Shown piece by piece: positions 32,454 to 43,069 of a stretch of DNA of 64,000 nucleotides. This stretch comes from Candidatus Latescibacterota bacterium. GTDB taxonomy: Bacteria; Latescibacterota; UBA2968; UBA8231. The notes beneath the pieces are model-generated. The model did not search any database, was not told the DNA's origin, and saw only the letters and a list, made by a program, of their open reading frames with translations. The position numbers and the translations under genes were made by a program. The DNA lies in the NCBI GenBank assembly GCA_963422735.1, contig OY730476.1, positions 4,416,001-4,480,000 on the forward strand, written 5' to 3'. Position 1 is the first letter of the stretch. The number at the start of each line of letters is the position of its first letter.

Positions 32454-32880
32454 TTTGCCTCTCCCCAGCTCCGACCGACCCCCGCTTCGACGCGGATCGG
32501 CACGCGAAACGGCCGGCCCTTTGCGTCCGCCACGGGCGACTCCATGATCGACGCGATAAGATCGGCATATTCGCAAGCTTTGTCCCGAGGCGCTTCGAAG
32601 AGCAATTCGTCATGGACCTGCACGAGCATTCGCGTTTCCGGTGGGAACATGTTGTCTAAGCCTTGCGGCAGATGTCCGCGGCAGTGCCTTGGATCATTGA
32701 GTTGAAAGCAGTTCGGACGTTGCCTTCAGGGAATCTCCGCCGCATGTCCGTGCCGGCTCGTATAAGCGAGCACATCCTTGCGGATCTGCCGCACGTTTTG
32801 TCGAGAATCGCCAACCTCGTCTTTTTGCCCAATGACCAGCCACACTAAAAAGCCGCGGAATTTCCCTTCGTCGGTCATGG
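32450..32880 (-). pseudogene. Family A DNA polymerase C-terminal fragment
   Basis: RTAFNSMIQGTAADI and LVQVHDELLFE...VGRSWGEAK in different frames. Confidence 0.85.
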
Positions 32881-33046
32881 GACACCTCGTGGTGAGGTTT
32901 GCGCCCAGTACTGTATCCCCCAATGAAGCCAAGGCAAGGATCATCTAAAATGTTATTGACACCGCGCGGCAGGCCCCATAAATAATAAGGCCGTTAAGGC
33001 CCCCAATTGTTCTTGGATTACACGAGCGAAAAATTAAGGAGTGAAC

Positions 33047-33610
33047 ATGACTGCAGCGCGCGAACAACTCGTCTTTTCCGATGCGTTCGACGGTGCTCTT
33101 GATCCCGAGTGGACTTGGCTGCGCGAACATCCCGGCTTTTGGCGCTTGCAGGACGGACTGGAAATTCGCGTCCAACCAGGCGTGGCCGCTACCGTGCAAA
33201 ACGCGCTTTTGCGCCCGGCCCCGAATCGCAGCGAAGGGGCCTGGGCCATAGAAGTGACGGTGTACAACCACACCTACCCCATCCAGCAGTACGAGCAGGC
33301 CGGCATCACTTGGTACCAAAACGGCAAGCCGATCTTCAAGCAAGTCAAGGAACTGATCGACGGCGATCTCTACATTATTCCCGGCCGCAAGGCCATGCTC
33401 ACACAGAGTGTGCGTCTGCGCCTTATTGTCACCGCCGACTCTTGGGAAGCCCGGTACCGGCCCGAGGGCAAGGACCAATTCCACACCGCGGATCGGGGCG
33501 AATTGCCCCCGCCCGGCGACGATCAAGTCAGCATCCAGTGCTACAACGGCCCCGAGAACGCCGAACACTGGATCCGCTTTCGGGACTTTCAGATCAAAAG
33601 ACTAGGCTGA
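33047..33610 (+). CDS. Concanavalin-like domain protein (GH43-C/DUF1349-like)
   Basis: DAFDGALDPEWTWLRE, YEQAGI; RBS AAGGAG. Confidence 0.65.
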   Translation: MTAAREQLVFSDAFDGALDPEWTWLREHPGFWRLQDGLEIRVQPGVAATVQNALLRPAPNRSEGAWAIEVTVYNHTYPIQQYEQAGITWYQNGKPIFKQVKELIDGDLYIIPGRKAMLTQSVRLRLIVTADSWEARYRPEGKDQFHTADRGELPPPGDDQVSIQCYNGPENAEHWIRFRDFQIKRLG

Positions 33611-33622
33611 CGCCCGCACCTG

Positions 33623-34714
33623 CTAGCGAAACCAGTCGTAATTCAACCCCAACGACCGATCCTGCAACGGCAACCCCACCCGCTCCCCTCCCTGCGCCGC
33701 AGAAACCTTCAACGCTACCTCCACCTCCAACGCTACTCCCACTCGCCGCCCCGAATTCTTCGGCTCCTCCATTTCCCCGGCCAAACACTGCATCACGTCA
33801 TCCACGCAATACACTGCCCCATACGGCACATTGAACTGTGGCGGCGGCCAATCCAGCTCCGCCCCTGTCGGCCCCTGTGGCCCTTCCACCTGCTGCCACA
33901 ACCGCCATCTCTTGCCGTAGTCGAAGACCATCTCCCCGCGCTCGCCGCACAACCGCACCCCCGGTGCTCCCTTGCGGAAATGCACCACCGTCCCGTCCGC
34001 AGCCACTAACATCCCCTGACCGACAAACTCGTCGCTGCCCGATTCCCGCTGTAGCTGATCCCCCGTGCCGACCACCCAAGCCGGAGGCGCGTCGAGGAAG
34101 TACGACCAGTTCTGATGCTGCGCCCCAGCGCTCGGAGCCTCGATCGACACCAGCTCGCCAATCGCCCCTTCTATCAGCAGCGCCTTGGCCCGCGCAAACG
34201 AAGGATGGGTCGTGGTAATCGCCCCGCAGCATAGGGGCACCCCCGCCCCAGCGCAGGTACCCACCATCCGATCAACCTCTTCTAATGTATGCGCCATCGG
34301 CTTTTCGGTGACGATGCCCTTGGCTCCGCACTCAACGGCCAGACAGGTAAAATGCGCACGGTATTTGGTATTGGTACACACCGCGACGATAGCCGGCCGC
34401 TCCTTTTGCAGCATGGCCTCGGCGTCCTCGTAGAGTGCCTCGAGCCCATAGCGCTCGCCATAGGCTTTAAGCCGCTTGGGGTCGCGGTCGGCGGCGATGA
34501 CCGTTTTCACCTCGGGCCGATCCCACAGCGCCTCGGCATACGAGGTGGGGTTGCCCTCGTCGCCGGGGTGGTCGTAGTGGTGGAATGTGCGATGGATGTC
34601 CAAAGGCGGCGTGGGCCGGTCGATATCGTCGATGTCAAAGCGATCCCCAATCCGGCTGGCCAAATCGTAGAGTAGGCCCATCCAGCCTAGGCCGATAACT
34701 GCGGCGCGGTACAT
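33623..34714 (-). CDS. Gfo/Idh/MocA oxidoreductase
   Basis: AAVIGLGWMG, TEKPMA. Confidence 0.85.
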   Translation of the reverse strand: MYRAAVIGLGWMGLLYDLASRIGDRFDIDDIDRPTPPLDIHRTFHHYDHPGDEGNPTSYAEALWDRPEVKTVIAADRDPKRLKAYGERYGLEALYEDAEAMLQKERPAIVAVCTNTKYRAHFTCLAVECGAKGIVTEKPMAHTLEEVDRMVGTCAGAGVPLCCGAITTTHPSFARAKALLIEGAIGELVSIEAPSAGAQHQNWSYFLDAPPAWVVGTGDQLQRESGSDEFVGQGMLVAADGTVVHFRKGAPGVRLCGERGEMVFDYGKRWRLWQQVEGPQGPTGAELDWPPPQFNVPYGAVYCVDDVMQCLAGEMEEPKNSGRRVGVALEVEVALKVSAAQGGERVGLPLQDRSLGLNYDWFR

Positions 34715-34738
34715 GAGCAATCTCCTTTATAGTCGAAA

Positions 34739-35587
34739 TCAATCGGCCCGCAACACCGCGTTGTGCGCGGCCAGATCCCAAGTCTCGTTGTACACCAGCG
34801 GCTGGGCCCGTGCGGGCGGATGGCCGGAGGGCTGATTATTGGAATTGAGCAGCTCCAGCCGATCGCGGCCTCGGGGCGCGTCGAGCCACGCCCGCTCCTC
34901 GGGTGCTGCTTGCACCGGACGCCGCAAAATAAACTCCACCCGGTCGCGGCGCGAGAAGGCCGCATGGGCGACGAAGACCCGATGCAAGTCGCGTCCATCC
35001 CAAGTCCCCAAATCCGGCAGCAGTACCGGGCCGGTGCAGACTTGGTATTGGCCATCGGCCGCGTTGAGATTCATGACGTTGATCGGATATTCGAGTTCGA
35101 CCTCAATACCACTCGCCGCGTCTTGGTACACCGAGCGGGCGTTTTGTGCATCGCCGGCAAAGGTCGAGGCCACAATCGCGTCGGCTTCTTCCAGCGCCTC
35201 GGATGCAGGATAGGAGCGGATGTCGATGGTATAATCCTGATACGCATCCGCTAGTGGGCGCGCGCTGCTCACTTCGGGCTCCGTGCTCGGTCGCTGGGCA
35301 ATCGCCGGAATCGAGGAGTGGCTAAAGGCCATCCGCCACTCGCCGCTGGGGATCTGGAACAGGTTTTCGCTGGCAATGGTGTATTCGCTGCGGCAAGGTG
35401 CGCCCAGAAAGAGTTCGGCCAACTCGGCTCCACCGCTGTCGCGCAAAACACAACGGGCCTCTAAGGTGAAACGCACGTGATAGACCTGACCGTGCTCGCC
35501 GACAAAGCCGCCGGGCCACTTGTAATAAGGGTCCGGCTTCGCCGGATGGGCCTCCCACGCAAAGGATGAACGGGGGAAATTGATCAT
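34739..35587 (-). CDS. Hypothetical protein
   Basis: 282-aa ORF with GGAG RBS, co-oriented with downstream oxidoreductase. Confidence 0.7.
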   Translation of the reverse strand: MINFPRSSFAWEAHPAKPDPYYKWPGGFVGEHGQVYHVRFTLEARCVLRDSGGAELAELFLGAPCRSEYTIASENLFQIPSGEWRMAFSHSSIPAIAQRPSTEPEVSSARPLADAYQDYTIDIRSYPASEALEEADAIVASTFAGDAQNARSVYQDAASGIEVELEYPINVMNLNAADGQYQVCTGPVLLPDLGTWDGRDLHRVFVAHAAFSRRDRVEFILRRPVQAAPEERAWLDAPRGRDRLELLNSNNQPSGHPPARAQPLVYNETWDLAAHNAVLRAD

Positions 35588-35657
35588 CGCCGTCTCCTGC
35601 CGGGCGACTTGCCCCGGCCGCTATAGGTTCACATATTACTGCGCCAGATTTTGTAGT

Positions 35658-35855
35658 ACGGAATTTCCTAGTGTACGGTTGGGGATTCAGGTTTCATGTA
35701 GGCGGTATCACTCGGCCTGCCCGTAGCCCTCGTCCGGGCCAGCGCGGTCCCCCGCGTCGATGTTCCGGGGCGGTCCCCGCCTCCAAGGGGGCGGATGGGA
35801 CGGACCACGGACCACGGACCACTGATTAAACAGTCCTTATTCTAGGAAAGTCCGT
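35658..35855 (+). mobile_element. MITE-like family A, copy 2 (198 bp)
   Basis: TIR ACGGAATTTCCTAG / CTAGGAAAGTCCGT; flanks TGTAGT / TGTAAT. Confidence 0.9.
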
Positions 35856-35928
35856 TGTAATATTAAAAAGCATCATTAGGTACAAAATGCCTTTTTCACT
35901 CTCACATTAATAGCCCAAGGAGAATTCC

Positions 35929-36519
35929 ATGACTCGCCCTAATGCGTTCCACTTCGCATGGGTTGCCGCCCTGACGTTCGCCCTTACCGCCGAGGCGACC
36001 TTGGCGGAAACTTACGTGGTCGATGCTGCACACTCTTCGGTCGATTTCAGCATTCGCCATCTCGTCGGCCGCACAAAGGGCCGTTTCGGCGACTTCAGCG
36101 GCACCATCGGCTACGACGCCACCCAGCCCGCAGCCTCCAGCCTCTCCGGCACTATTCAAGTCAAAAGCATCGACACCGGCAACAAACGCCGCGATGGCCA
36201 CCTGAAAAATGCCGACTTCTTCGATGCCGAAACCTATCCCACTATCACCTTCGAATCTACAGAGGTGACCAGCACGGGCGAAAACACCCTCAGCGTGAAG
36301 GGCAAGCTGACCATGCACGGCACCACCAAAGAGGTCACCCTGCCCGTCGAGATCCTCGGCACCGGCACCAATCCGCGGAGTGAAAAGGCGCAGATCGGCC
36401 TAGAAACGAATTTTTCTATACTCTGCTCCGATTACGGAGTCAATAGCTGGGCACGCTTTAGCGCCGTTCTCGGAGACGAAGTAAAAATTCAGGTGTTGAT
36501 CGAGGCCAACGCAGAGTAA
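35929..36519 (+). CDS. yceI: YceI family polyisoprenoid-binding protein
   Basis: Signal peptide; DAAHSSVDFSIRH, RDGHLKNADFFD, GKLTMHG. Confidence 0.9.
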   Translation: MTRPNAFHFAWVAALTFALTAEATLAETYVVDAAHSSVDFSIRHLVGRTKGRFGDFSGTIGYDATQPAASSLSGTIQVKSIDTGNKRRDGHLKNADFFDAETYPTITFESTEVTSTGENTLSVKGKLTMHGTTKEVTLPVEILGTGTNPRSEKAQIGLETNFSILCSDYGVNSWARFSAVLGDEVKIQVLIEANAE

Positions 36520-36530
36520 ATCGGAATCAG

Positions 36531-37390
36531 CTAGCCGCGGCCGAACCAGTCGGCCATCCATTCAAAGTACTCGACGAGGAAGGCGTGATTCCCTTCTGGC
36601 TGGCGGACCTCGAAGTGCTCTGGACAGCCCGCCTCTGCATACGCTTGGGAGACGACCGGGATCATATCTTCGACTCCTTCTCGGGGCATGTCTTCGTCCC
36701 GGGTCGGGGCAATCAGGCCGCGACGATTGCGGCGTGGTCGAAATGGCGCAGTAGAAGGGGAATAAAATAATAGGCGCTGTGGCGATCGGCGGCGTGGTGG
36801 ATTACCCGCGCCATGCTGCCCACCCCGGCACAAATCCACGGGGCGCACGCAATCGCGTACCAAGTCGCATTGCCGCCCAGCGACATCCCGGTCAACCCGA
36901 TCCTTGGGGTGGCGGCCAAAAGCCGCGCCCCTTTGAGGGCCTCCTCAACCAATACGCCCATCTGGGCGCGACCATAAGGTGCCAGTAGCTTACTTTCGGT
37001 CGCCCACTCTTCGAGACTGCTGCGCCGCATCTGACACCCTTTGGGGGAAATGGCCCGTTGCAAAGCCCCGGCGCGCCAATTTGCAAGCCCAGCCCATTAG
37101 CCTCTGCTCTAGGCAAAAGCGCGGGTGGGCGATCTCTTCGGCCGTCCCTCCAGTGCCGGGGACGCAGACAATACCAGGCCATTTGCGCGCCGGTTCTTCC
37201 TGCGGCATCGCGAGGATTCCCGGCACGGTCTCACCCAGCGAATTCTCGTATCTCACCTGTATAGTGCAAAGGCTGTCCTCCTCTTGCCGACTCTCTGTGC
37301 TATAGTCGATCGCGGCGGGAATCTCTTCTAAACCGAGCAATTCCACGAGCTTCGAGCGCACAGCAGAGGGGGGATCTCGTCGAGGTAGGC
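36531..37390 (-). pseudogene. Alpha/beta hydrolase (dienelactone hydrolase-like), frameshifted
   Basis: GETVPGIL..P, GLTGMSLGG, GNHAF across three frames. Confidence 0.75.
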
Positions 37391-37544
37391 CGGACGGATG
37401 CCCTTGGGAATAATGGAGCGCATGGTCGATTTCCTTGGGGGTTATGGGGATGTGAGCCGCGAAGTTGATGTGAACGCCTGTCAATCGCTATGCTCATTCT
37501 TTTTGCATACATTGAGCGGCCCGAGGAAACTTGAGGAGCAAACT

Positions 37545-38363
37545 ATGATCAAACTGAGCACAATGGCCCGCCAGACCTTCACTACCACGATTGAGCAGGT
37601 CGTTGAACAAGCCCGCCTTTTGCAGCTAGACGGCGTGGATTTCCATTTGTCGGGCATGGACCGCAGAGTCAAGTATATCAACCACATCAAGAGCCTCTGT
37701 CTCAAACGCGGCTTGAACATTGGCTATGCTGGAGCCGGCAGCTTTGTAGGGCCGGCCGAAGAGCGGGCCGTGCGTTTGCAGCAGGGTCGCGCCGACGTCG
37801 ATACTGCAGCTTTGTTAGGAGCGCAGGTGCTGCGCGTTTTCGCGCGCCACAAGTGGCCGAGTACCGTCGAGGAACAAGAGGCCCTGTGGCACCCGATGAT
37901 CGAGGATTTTCAGGCTATTGCCGACTATGCGGCCCAACGCGGGGTAATGGTGGCCTTGCAGAACCACGACAACGGCAGCTTCGCTATGACTGCGGACCAA
38001 GTGTTGCGCATCCTGCGCGAGACCGAGCGCGACAATTTCAGTTTTCTATTGGATACCGGGCAGTGGCTAGGGGCCATTGGCTCGCATCCGCGCGGCGAGT
38101 TTGATCCGCAGGTCGATTTGTACAAAGACTATTTGGAGCCGACCGCGCCTTTTGCCACGTACGTGCGGGCCAAGATCTACAAGATCGACAGCGGCATTGA
38201 GGAGTTTATCGACTACAGACGCGTGTTAGAAATTCTGCGCGGGGTGGATTTCAACGGCACGATCGGCCTAGTCTTTGAACTAGGCGAGTTCAACAGTTGC
38301 AGCCAAGAGGAATGCATGCGCTTGGCCGTGGCCCATTTGCGCCAAGTGATCGCCGCGAGCTGA
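37545..38363 (+). CDS. Sugar-phosphate isomerase/epimerase family protein
   Basis: GAGGAG RBS; LQNH, LDTGQW, IDY. Confidence 0.85.
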   Translation: MIKLSTMARQTFTTTIEQVVEQARLLQLDGVDFHLSGMDRRVKYINHIKSLCLKRGLNIGYAGAGSFVGPAEERAVRLQQGRADVDTAALLGAQVLRVFARHKWPSTVEEQEALWHPMIEDFQAIADYAAQRGVMVALQNHDNGSFAMTADQVLRILRETERDNFSFLLDTGQWLGAIGSHPRGEFDPQVDLYKDYLEPTAPFATYVRAKIYKIDSGIEEFIDYRRVLEILRGVDFNGTIGLVFELGEFNSCSQEECMRLAVAHLRQVIAAS

Positions 38364-38451
38364 TGTAGCATTTCGTCCCTATTCGTGCGCCGCTGACCTT
38401 ATTGTCTTATCTTCGTTGGGCCAACCAGCCAAAGCCGATAAAGGAACAGCC

Positions 38452-39324
38452 ATGTCCGCACTTGATCCCAGTGCCGCCAAGCCCCTCCTCTTTCAACAGA
38501 GCCGCGTCGGCTATGTCGATATAGACGCGGTTGACCTACCCCGGACCAACGCCGCCGGCAAGCCGGTAATTGATCCGACGCCGGAACAGAGGTACTTGTT
38601 CGATACTCAGGGTTGGCTGTTGATACCCGGTCTGCTCAGCGACGGCGAGGTGGAGGAGATGCGGGCCTTTTGCCACCGCTTGCACCAAGCGCCTGAATCG
38701 CTGCCGGAGCCGCAGCGTAGCCCTATTGGTGGCCCTTTGGAAGAATTGACCGACCACCCCTTTATCGTCGGTTTTATGAACGAATTCCTCGCCAATCCCG
38801 ACCTGTCGAGTCAGGACTGCTACGGTTTTCGCATGGAATCAACCAGCCTATGTATGCGTCAGACCGGGGAAGGGGGCTTTGGGCCCCACAACGGCAATGG
38901 CCTGTGGCGCCTGCCCGGCGACGGGCACAACTACCATTGCGTGCCCGGCAAGGTGCGCAGCAGCTTGACTTGCGTGGTGTGGGAATTGAACGAGGTCGAG
39001 GCCAGTGGCGGCGGCACCCTGTTCATCAGCGGCAGCCACAAGGCCGCCTTCCCCCTGCCCGTCGGAGTCCAAAGGCTCGATTCGGACCTTTGGACTCAAT
39101 ACGCGTGTCCGGCCGGCTCCCTGCTCATTTTCGCAGAGAGCACCACCCACACCGCTTTCCCGTGGGGCAGCACTAGGCACGAGCGCTGTGCCATCTTCAG
39201 TCGCTACAATTACGTCGATAGCAAATGGCATAAGTGGCAGCCCCACCCCCAAGCACTCGAAGCCATGCCGCCCAAGCGCCGCACGCTCTTTCGGCCCGTC
39301 CATGTCGAAGGCAATCTGATATAG
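38452..39324 (+). CDS. PhyH family Fe(II)/2OG oxygenase (HxG variant)
   Basis: FDTQGWL, PHNG, ISGSHK, FAESTTH. Confidence 0.85.
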   Translation: MSALDPSAAKPLLFQQSRVGYVDIDAVDLPRTNAAGKPVIDPTPEQRYLFDTQGWLLIPGLLSDGEVEEMRAFCHRLHQAPESLPEPQRSPIGGPLEELTDHPFIVGFMNEFLANPDLSSQDCYGFRMESTSLCMRQTGEGGFGPHNGNGLWRLPGDGHNYHCVPGKVRSSLTCVVWELNEVEASGGGTLFISGSHKAAFPLPVGVQRLDSDLWTQYACPAGSLLIFAESTTHTAFPWGSTRHERCAIFSRYNYVDSKWHKWQPHPQALEAMPPKRRTLFRPVHVEGNLI

Positions 39325-39372
39325 TACGCGAATCAATTGGCTTCGATCTGGCTGGCTCAAACGAGTACATAG

Positions 39373-39789
39373 CTAGTGGTCATCGCCCGAGTAAATCCAC
39401 ATAGATTGAGCTTCACCAGCCCGTTCAAAACCGAGCTTCTTGTAGAAGTTGATCGCCTCGCCATCCGCAATCAGTATGTGCTGATGAAAGCCTTCATACA
39501 TCGACATGAGTCTTCTCATTAATGCCGATCCAATTCCCCGTCTTTGATAGTCTGGATGAACCAGCAAATGGGGATAGTACACAACTAAATGACCATCAGA
39601 GATCGCATTGCCTAATCCGCTCAGACGATCTCTATCCCAGGCAGTCCATAGCGAATATGAGTTTAGTAGGCCGTTGCGAAGCTCAGTCGGTTTTGCGGCC
39701 GCTGACCAACCATTCGCTACATACAGTTCCCGTATGGCTTCCGGCGAAATATTCCGCGTGTCGCTATAGAAAATTACTGCGCTAGTCAT
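39373..39789 (-). CDS. GNAT acetyltransferase
   Basis: VHPDYQRRGIGS, FYKKLGF. Confidence 0.9.
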   Translation of the reverse strand: MTSAVIFYSDTRNISPEAIRELYVANGWSAAAKPTELRNGLLNSYSLWTAWDRDRLSGLGNAISDGHLVVYYPHLLVHPDYQRRGIGSALMRRLMSMYEGFHQHILIADGEAINFYKKLGFERAGEAQSMWIYSGDDH

Positions 39790-40088
39790 AGGTCTCCCTC
39801 GTAAACACCCACATAGTGTTCCACTTCGGGAGATGGGTCGTAAAAGTGATGTAACAGCCTACGCCATTCTTGGTACCGTTCAGACTCTCTGAACCCAACA
39901 GTATGATCTTCAAGCGTTTGCCAGTTTACCAGAAGAATGTAGCGTTTGCCTTTTTCAATACACTTCTGTAGCTGATGGGAAACGTAGCCATCCATACTTG
40001 AGATGATCTTTTGCGCCTCGCCAAAAGTAGCTTCAAACTCCTTCGCACGACCGGGTTTAACGTCCAGTATTGCGACCTCTAGAATCAT
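39786..40088 (-). CDS. Antibiotic biosynthesis monooxygenase (ABM) family protein
   Basis: MILEVAIL, WQTLEDHTVGFR, LHHFY. Confidence 0.9.
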   Translation of the reverse strand: MILEVAILDVKPGRAKEFEATFGEAQKIISSMDGYVSHQLQKCIEKGKRYILLVNWQTLEDHTVGFRESERYQEWRRLLHHFYDPSPEVEHYVGVYEGDL

Positions 40089-40139
40089 TGTTTAGCTCTG
40101 GGATTTCGCTGAAATGATTTCGACAGAAGCATAGCGTTG

Positions 40140-40450
40140 CACCGCTTCGAACTTTCCTGGCGACTATCTCGCCCCACGCTTCTGCCGCAAACGCCTCTGG
40201 CATCTCTCCCCACATGAGGAATGTGGACTTTAGTTGGGCCAAAACCCATTTGTCCGCTAGCCCGTATTCCACAAGCTGATCAGAGAATTCAGAGTCGCCG
40301 CACAACTCCGAGAGAAAATGAGCGTTTCTCCGCGTGGAGTATGCATACGACGCGGAAACCTTGAGGCTCTCGAACCTTGCCTTGCGGAATAGTCCCGGCT
40401 GGCGACGTCCGCAGTACGGATCCCCACCATTTCGTTGCATTAGCTGGATA
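40140..40450 (-). pseudogene. C-terminal remnant of a SAM methyltransferase
   Basis: GGDPYCGR...WGEMPEAF...GEIVARK with no SAM-binding N-terminus; boundaries approximate. Confidence 0.45.
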
Positions 40451-40527
40451 ACAACAGAATGCCGATTCATTTGTCTTATGCTTATTGGTGCAGGCAATTG
40501 ACGGCGCAGCTTGTCCGCATCTTTTCG

Positions 40528-41232
40528 TTAGCCAATTTCTGTCGGCACCATGCAACCGTAGTAAAAGAACTGTCCGGTTCTTCCAACTGAGCCACTCCAG
40601 CCAAGATCGCGTAATTGCCGTTCCAATTGCTCCGGATCGTGGAATACTTTTACGATGTTAAAAATCCGACCATCGTTCAGCTTCCTTTCCACTACGCCGG
40701 AATCGTCGATTGCAGCGTGATCTCGTTGCGTTGCCAGACCATCTATAAAAAAAGCGCTACCTCCCGGCTTTAGGGCGGCGCGAATCATCTCCCAGAACCG
40801 ATCGAATTGCTGTGCCGGAACATGCGACAGCCAAAAACCAAAAAAGACAAAATCATACTTTTCGGTTGGCCACCACTCGAAAAGGTCTGCCACTACATAC
40901 CGCACAGAAGCATTACCGGTCTTGGTGCGATTGATCTCAATCGTCTCGGGAGAAGCATCTATAGCCGTCAGGCCAGCGGCATCGTGCGCCAGACATGCTG
41001 TCCACAATCCCGTACCGCAAGCAAGCTCAAGACACTTGCCGAACGGCCTCTCCCGCTCAAGTGCCGATCGCAAAATGCCCAATTCTGCACGCCATTGGGT
41101 GTTGCGCTCGTCGCCCTGGTCGTATCGCCCTTGGCGCAAATGCCACTCGTCATACTCGGCAGCTCGCGCCCGGTAATAGGCGGCTTGTTCCTTCAGAATT
41201 GATTTGTCAGCCGACTTTTTGTCGAAGTTCAA
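40528..41232 (-). CDS. Class I SAM-dependent methyltransferase
   Basis: YYRARAAEYD, LELACGTG, FWLSHVP. Confidence 0.9.
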   Translation of the reverse strand: MNFDKKSADKSILKEQAAYYRARAAEYDEWHLRQGRYDQGDERNTQWRAELGILRSALERERPFGKCLELACGTGLWTACLAHDAAGLTAIDASPETIEINRTKTGNASVRYVVADLFEWWPTEKYDFVFFGFWLSHVPAQQFDRFWEMIRAALKPGGSAFFIDGLATQRDHAAIDDSGVVERKLNDGRIFNIVKVFHDPEQLERQLRDLGWSGSVGRTGQFFYYGCMVPTEIG

Positions 41233-41662
41233 AATTTCCTACTCGTTTGCGATTCAATCTCCAGTGGCTGCTTGATCCGCCTCTCTAGTTCCAGCAGATC
41301 CAATCGACCGTCCGGCACATCCTTTTCCATAGTTCCATCTCTGCCGGCGTCCGCGACACCTGAATACCGTCCTTTGAAATGGCCATGCGAGAATGTGTAA
41401 TACGTCCCTCGCCGATAACCTGAAAAAGTGCTGCCGCATCGCCTCTAGCACCTCCGACCGATCCACCACATTATACGCTGGACTTGCTCCGTCTCCCCCT
41501 ACACCTGCCAGCGAACCGGGCATCCACAAAAAACAGAGGGCGGTTGCGAGCCTTAAACTCCAATGGGTTGCAAGCTTGTCATAACCTATATCCCGTCTGC
41601 ATAAAAGGTTCGATCTATGGGCCTTTGGACGCGCAGAGCGTCAAAACGACATGGCAAGATTC

Positions 41663-42448
41663 CTATTGCAGGAGCTTGCCGGGAATGCGCGAGCCGGGAT
41701 ATTCCTTTTTCGGGTCGCGCTCGGCGATGATAGCTGGTACTTCGTCGGTCCAATAGGCGGGTACAGTCTCCGGGCGCCGGTGCCAAGCCAGCACCAACGT
41801 GCGACGCTGGTCGGTCTGGTTGCGATGCGCCGAGTGCAGAACGCGGGCGTCGGCCAGCACCAAGTCGCCGGCCTTGACGCAGACATCGATTTGGTCCGGG
41901 TGATCGCTGAACATGGTCGGGTGGTCTTCTTCTATGAAACGCGCCCCTTGCTCGTGGGCCGGAACCATTTCGTCGTGCAGAAGAATGCGCTTGTGATGGG
42001 TGCCGGGGATGACTTTGAGGCAGCCGTTCTCCGGCGCGGTATCGCTCAAGTAGTAGGACACAAAAATGATCTGCGGCCACGGCGAACAGCTCAAGGGATC
42101 GTTCCACTGCATCCAGTCTTGGTGCCAATACAGGGCCGGTTCGCCAGGGTCTTTGGTCAGGAGGATGATCCCGCCCGTGCTGGCAAAGTCGCCTAGGCTC
42201 ATCTGTTCGAGGGCGCGGCGCGTGGGAGGCCAGTCGAGCAATTTCTGGATGGTCGGGTTGTCCTCCCCGCGTGCGGTGACGTGCTGGCCTTGGTACTTGA
42301 AGTCGGGCGGCGGCACCCAGTCCTCCATCATGCGCTCGGTCTCGTCGCGCAATTCCCGTAAGAATTCGTCGCTGAGAATGTTATCGACGACGCAGAATCC
42401 GTCGCGCAGTAGCTGTTGGCGTTTTTCTATGGCTTCTTCGGGAGTCAT
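41663..42448 (-). CDS. PhyH family dioxygenase (canonical HxD)
   Basis: WHQD, GCLKVIPGTH, AGD...LHS. Confidence 0.92.
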   Translation of the reverse strand: MTPEEAIEKRQQLLRDGFCVVDNILSDEFLRELRDETERMMEDWVPPPDFKYQGQHVTARGEDNPTIQKLLDWPPTRRALEQMSLGDFASTGGIILLTKDPGEPALYWHQDWMQWNDPLSCSPWPQIIFVSYYLSDTAPENGCLKVIPGTHHKRILLHDEMVPAHEQGARFIEEDHPTMFSDHPDQIDVCVKAGDLVLADARVLHSAHRNQTDQRRTLVLAWHRRPETVPAYWTDEVPAIIAERDPKKEYPGSRIPGKLLQ

Positions 42449-42482
42449 TGCAAACCTCGTCGAAAGGTGTGGGGTCAGAGCT

Positions 42483-42960
42483 TCAATTCTGATAGGGCCC
42501 GGTGCGGCCTCCGGTCAAGGCGCGGTCAAAGCTAGGGCGCAGCAGTTTGGTTAAAACGGGCGGTAGTTCGCCCCGCTGCGCTTTGAGTGCCCATAGCGAC
42601 GGCACGGCATGGGGTGGTTGCACCAAGCCAGTGCGATCGTCCGCTTTTTTGTACGCGTACAGGGAACACCAGCAGGTCGGCCGGTCCGCCCCCTTCGGAG
42701 CCACGCCGTGAGCTCCGTGCGACAGGCAGCAGACAACCGAGCCGGGGGGCAGTTCGAGGTGTTCGATGGTCAGCGGCTTCCCAGTGATAGGGTGGACGCG
42801 CCCCTTGAGCCAACCAGCTTCGATCTCCTCGTCGGTGGCCCCTCGGCAGTTGTCCGGGTCTAGGTATTGCAGCGTTTCGAAATCGTTCATGGATATAATG
42901 AGGCGGGGGCGGTAAAATCCCGGAAATTGTATCAACGGTCTCCAATATAGCCAGACCTAT
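42483..42960 (-). pseudogene. PhyH family C-terminal fragment
   Basis: GWLKGRVHPITGKPL...GSVV...HGAHGV resembles C-terminal half of 25237-25986; N-terminus absent. Confidence 0.65.
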
Positions 42961-43069
42961 CGCACGCCTCAATGAGGCCGGGGCGGGGACGCCCCGATGA
43001 TCGCCTGTACGACCTGCCTTTCCAGAAATTGTCGACAGATCTCACACGGCTCGTCAAAACCCGCTGTGC

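Noticed and set aside
32945-33568. 207-aa minus-strand ORF and similar long antisense ORFs
   Set aside because: Shadow frames of better-supported genes in GC-rich DNA
39373-41232. Integron cassette array (GNAT, ABM, methyltransferases)
   Set aside because: No convincing attC pairs or integrase seen; ABM and GNAT overlap like an operon
42966-42997. REP-like hairpins GCCTCAATGAGGC and CGGGGCGGGGACGCCCCG
   Set aside because: Single occurrence and no RAYT transposase in the window
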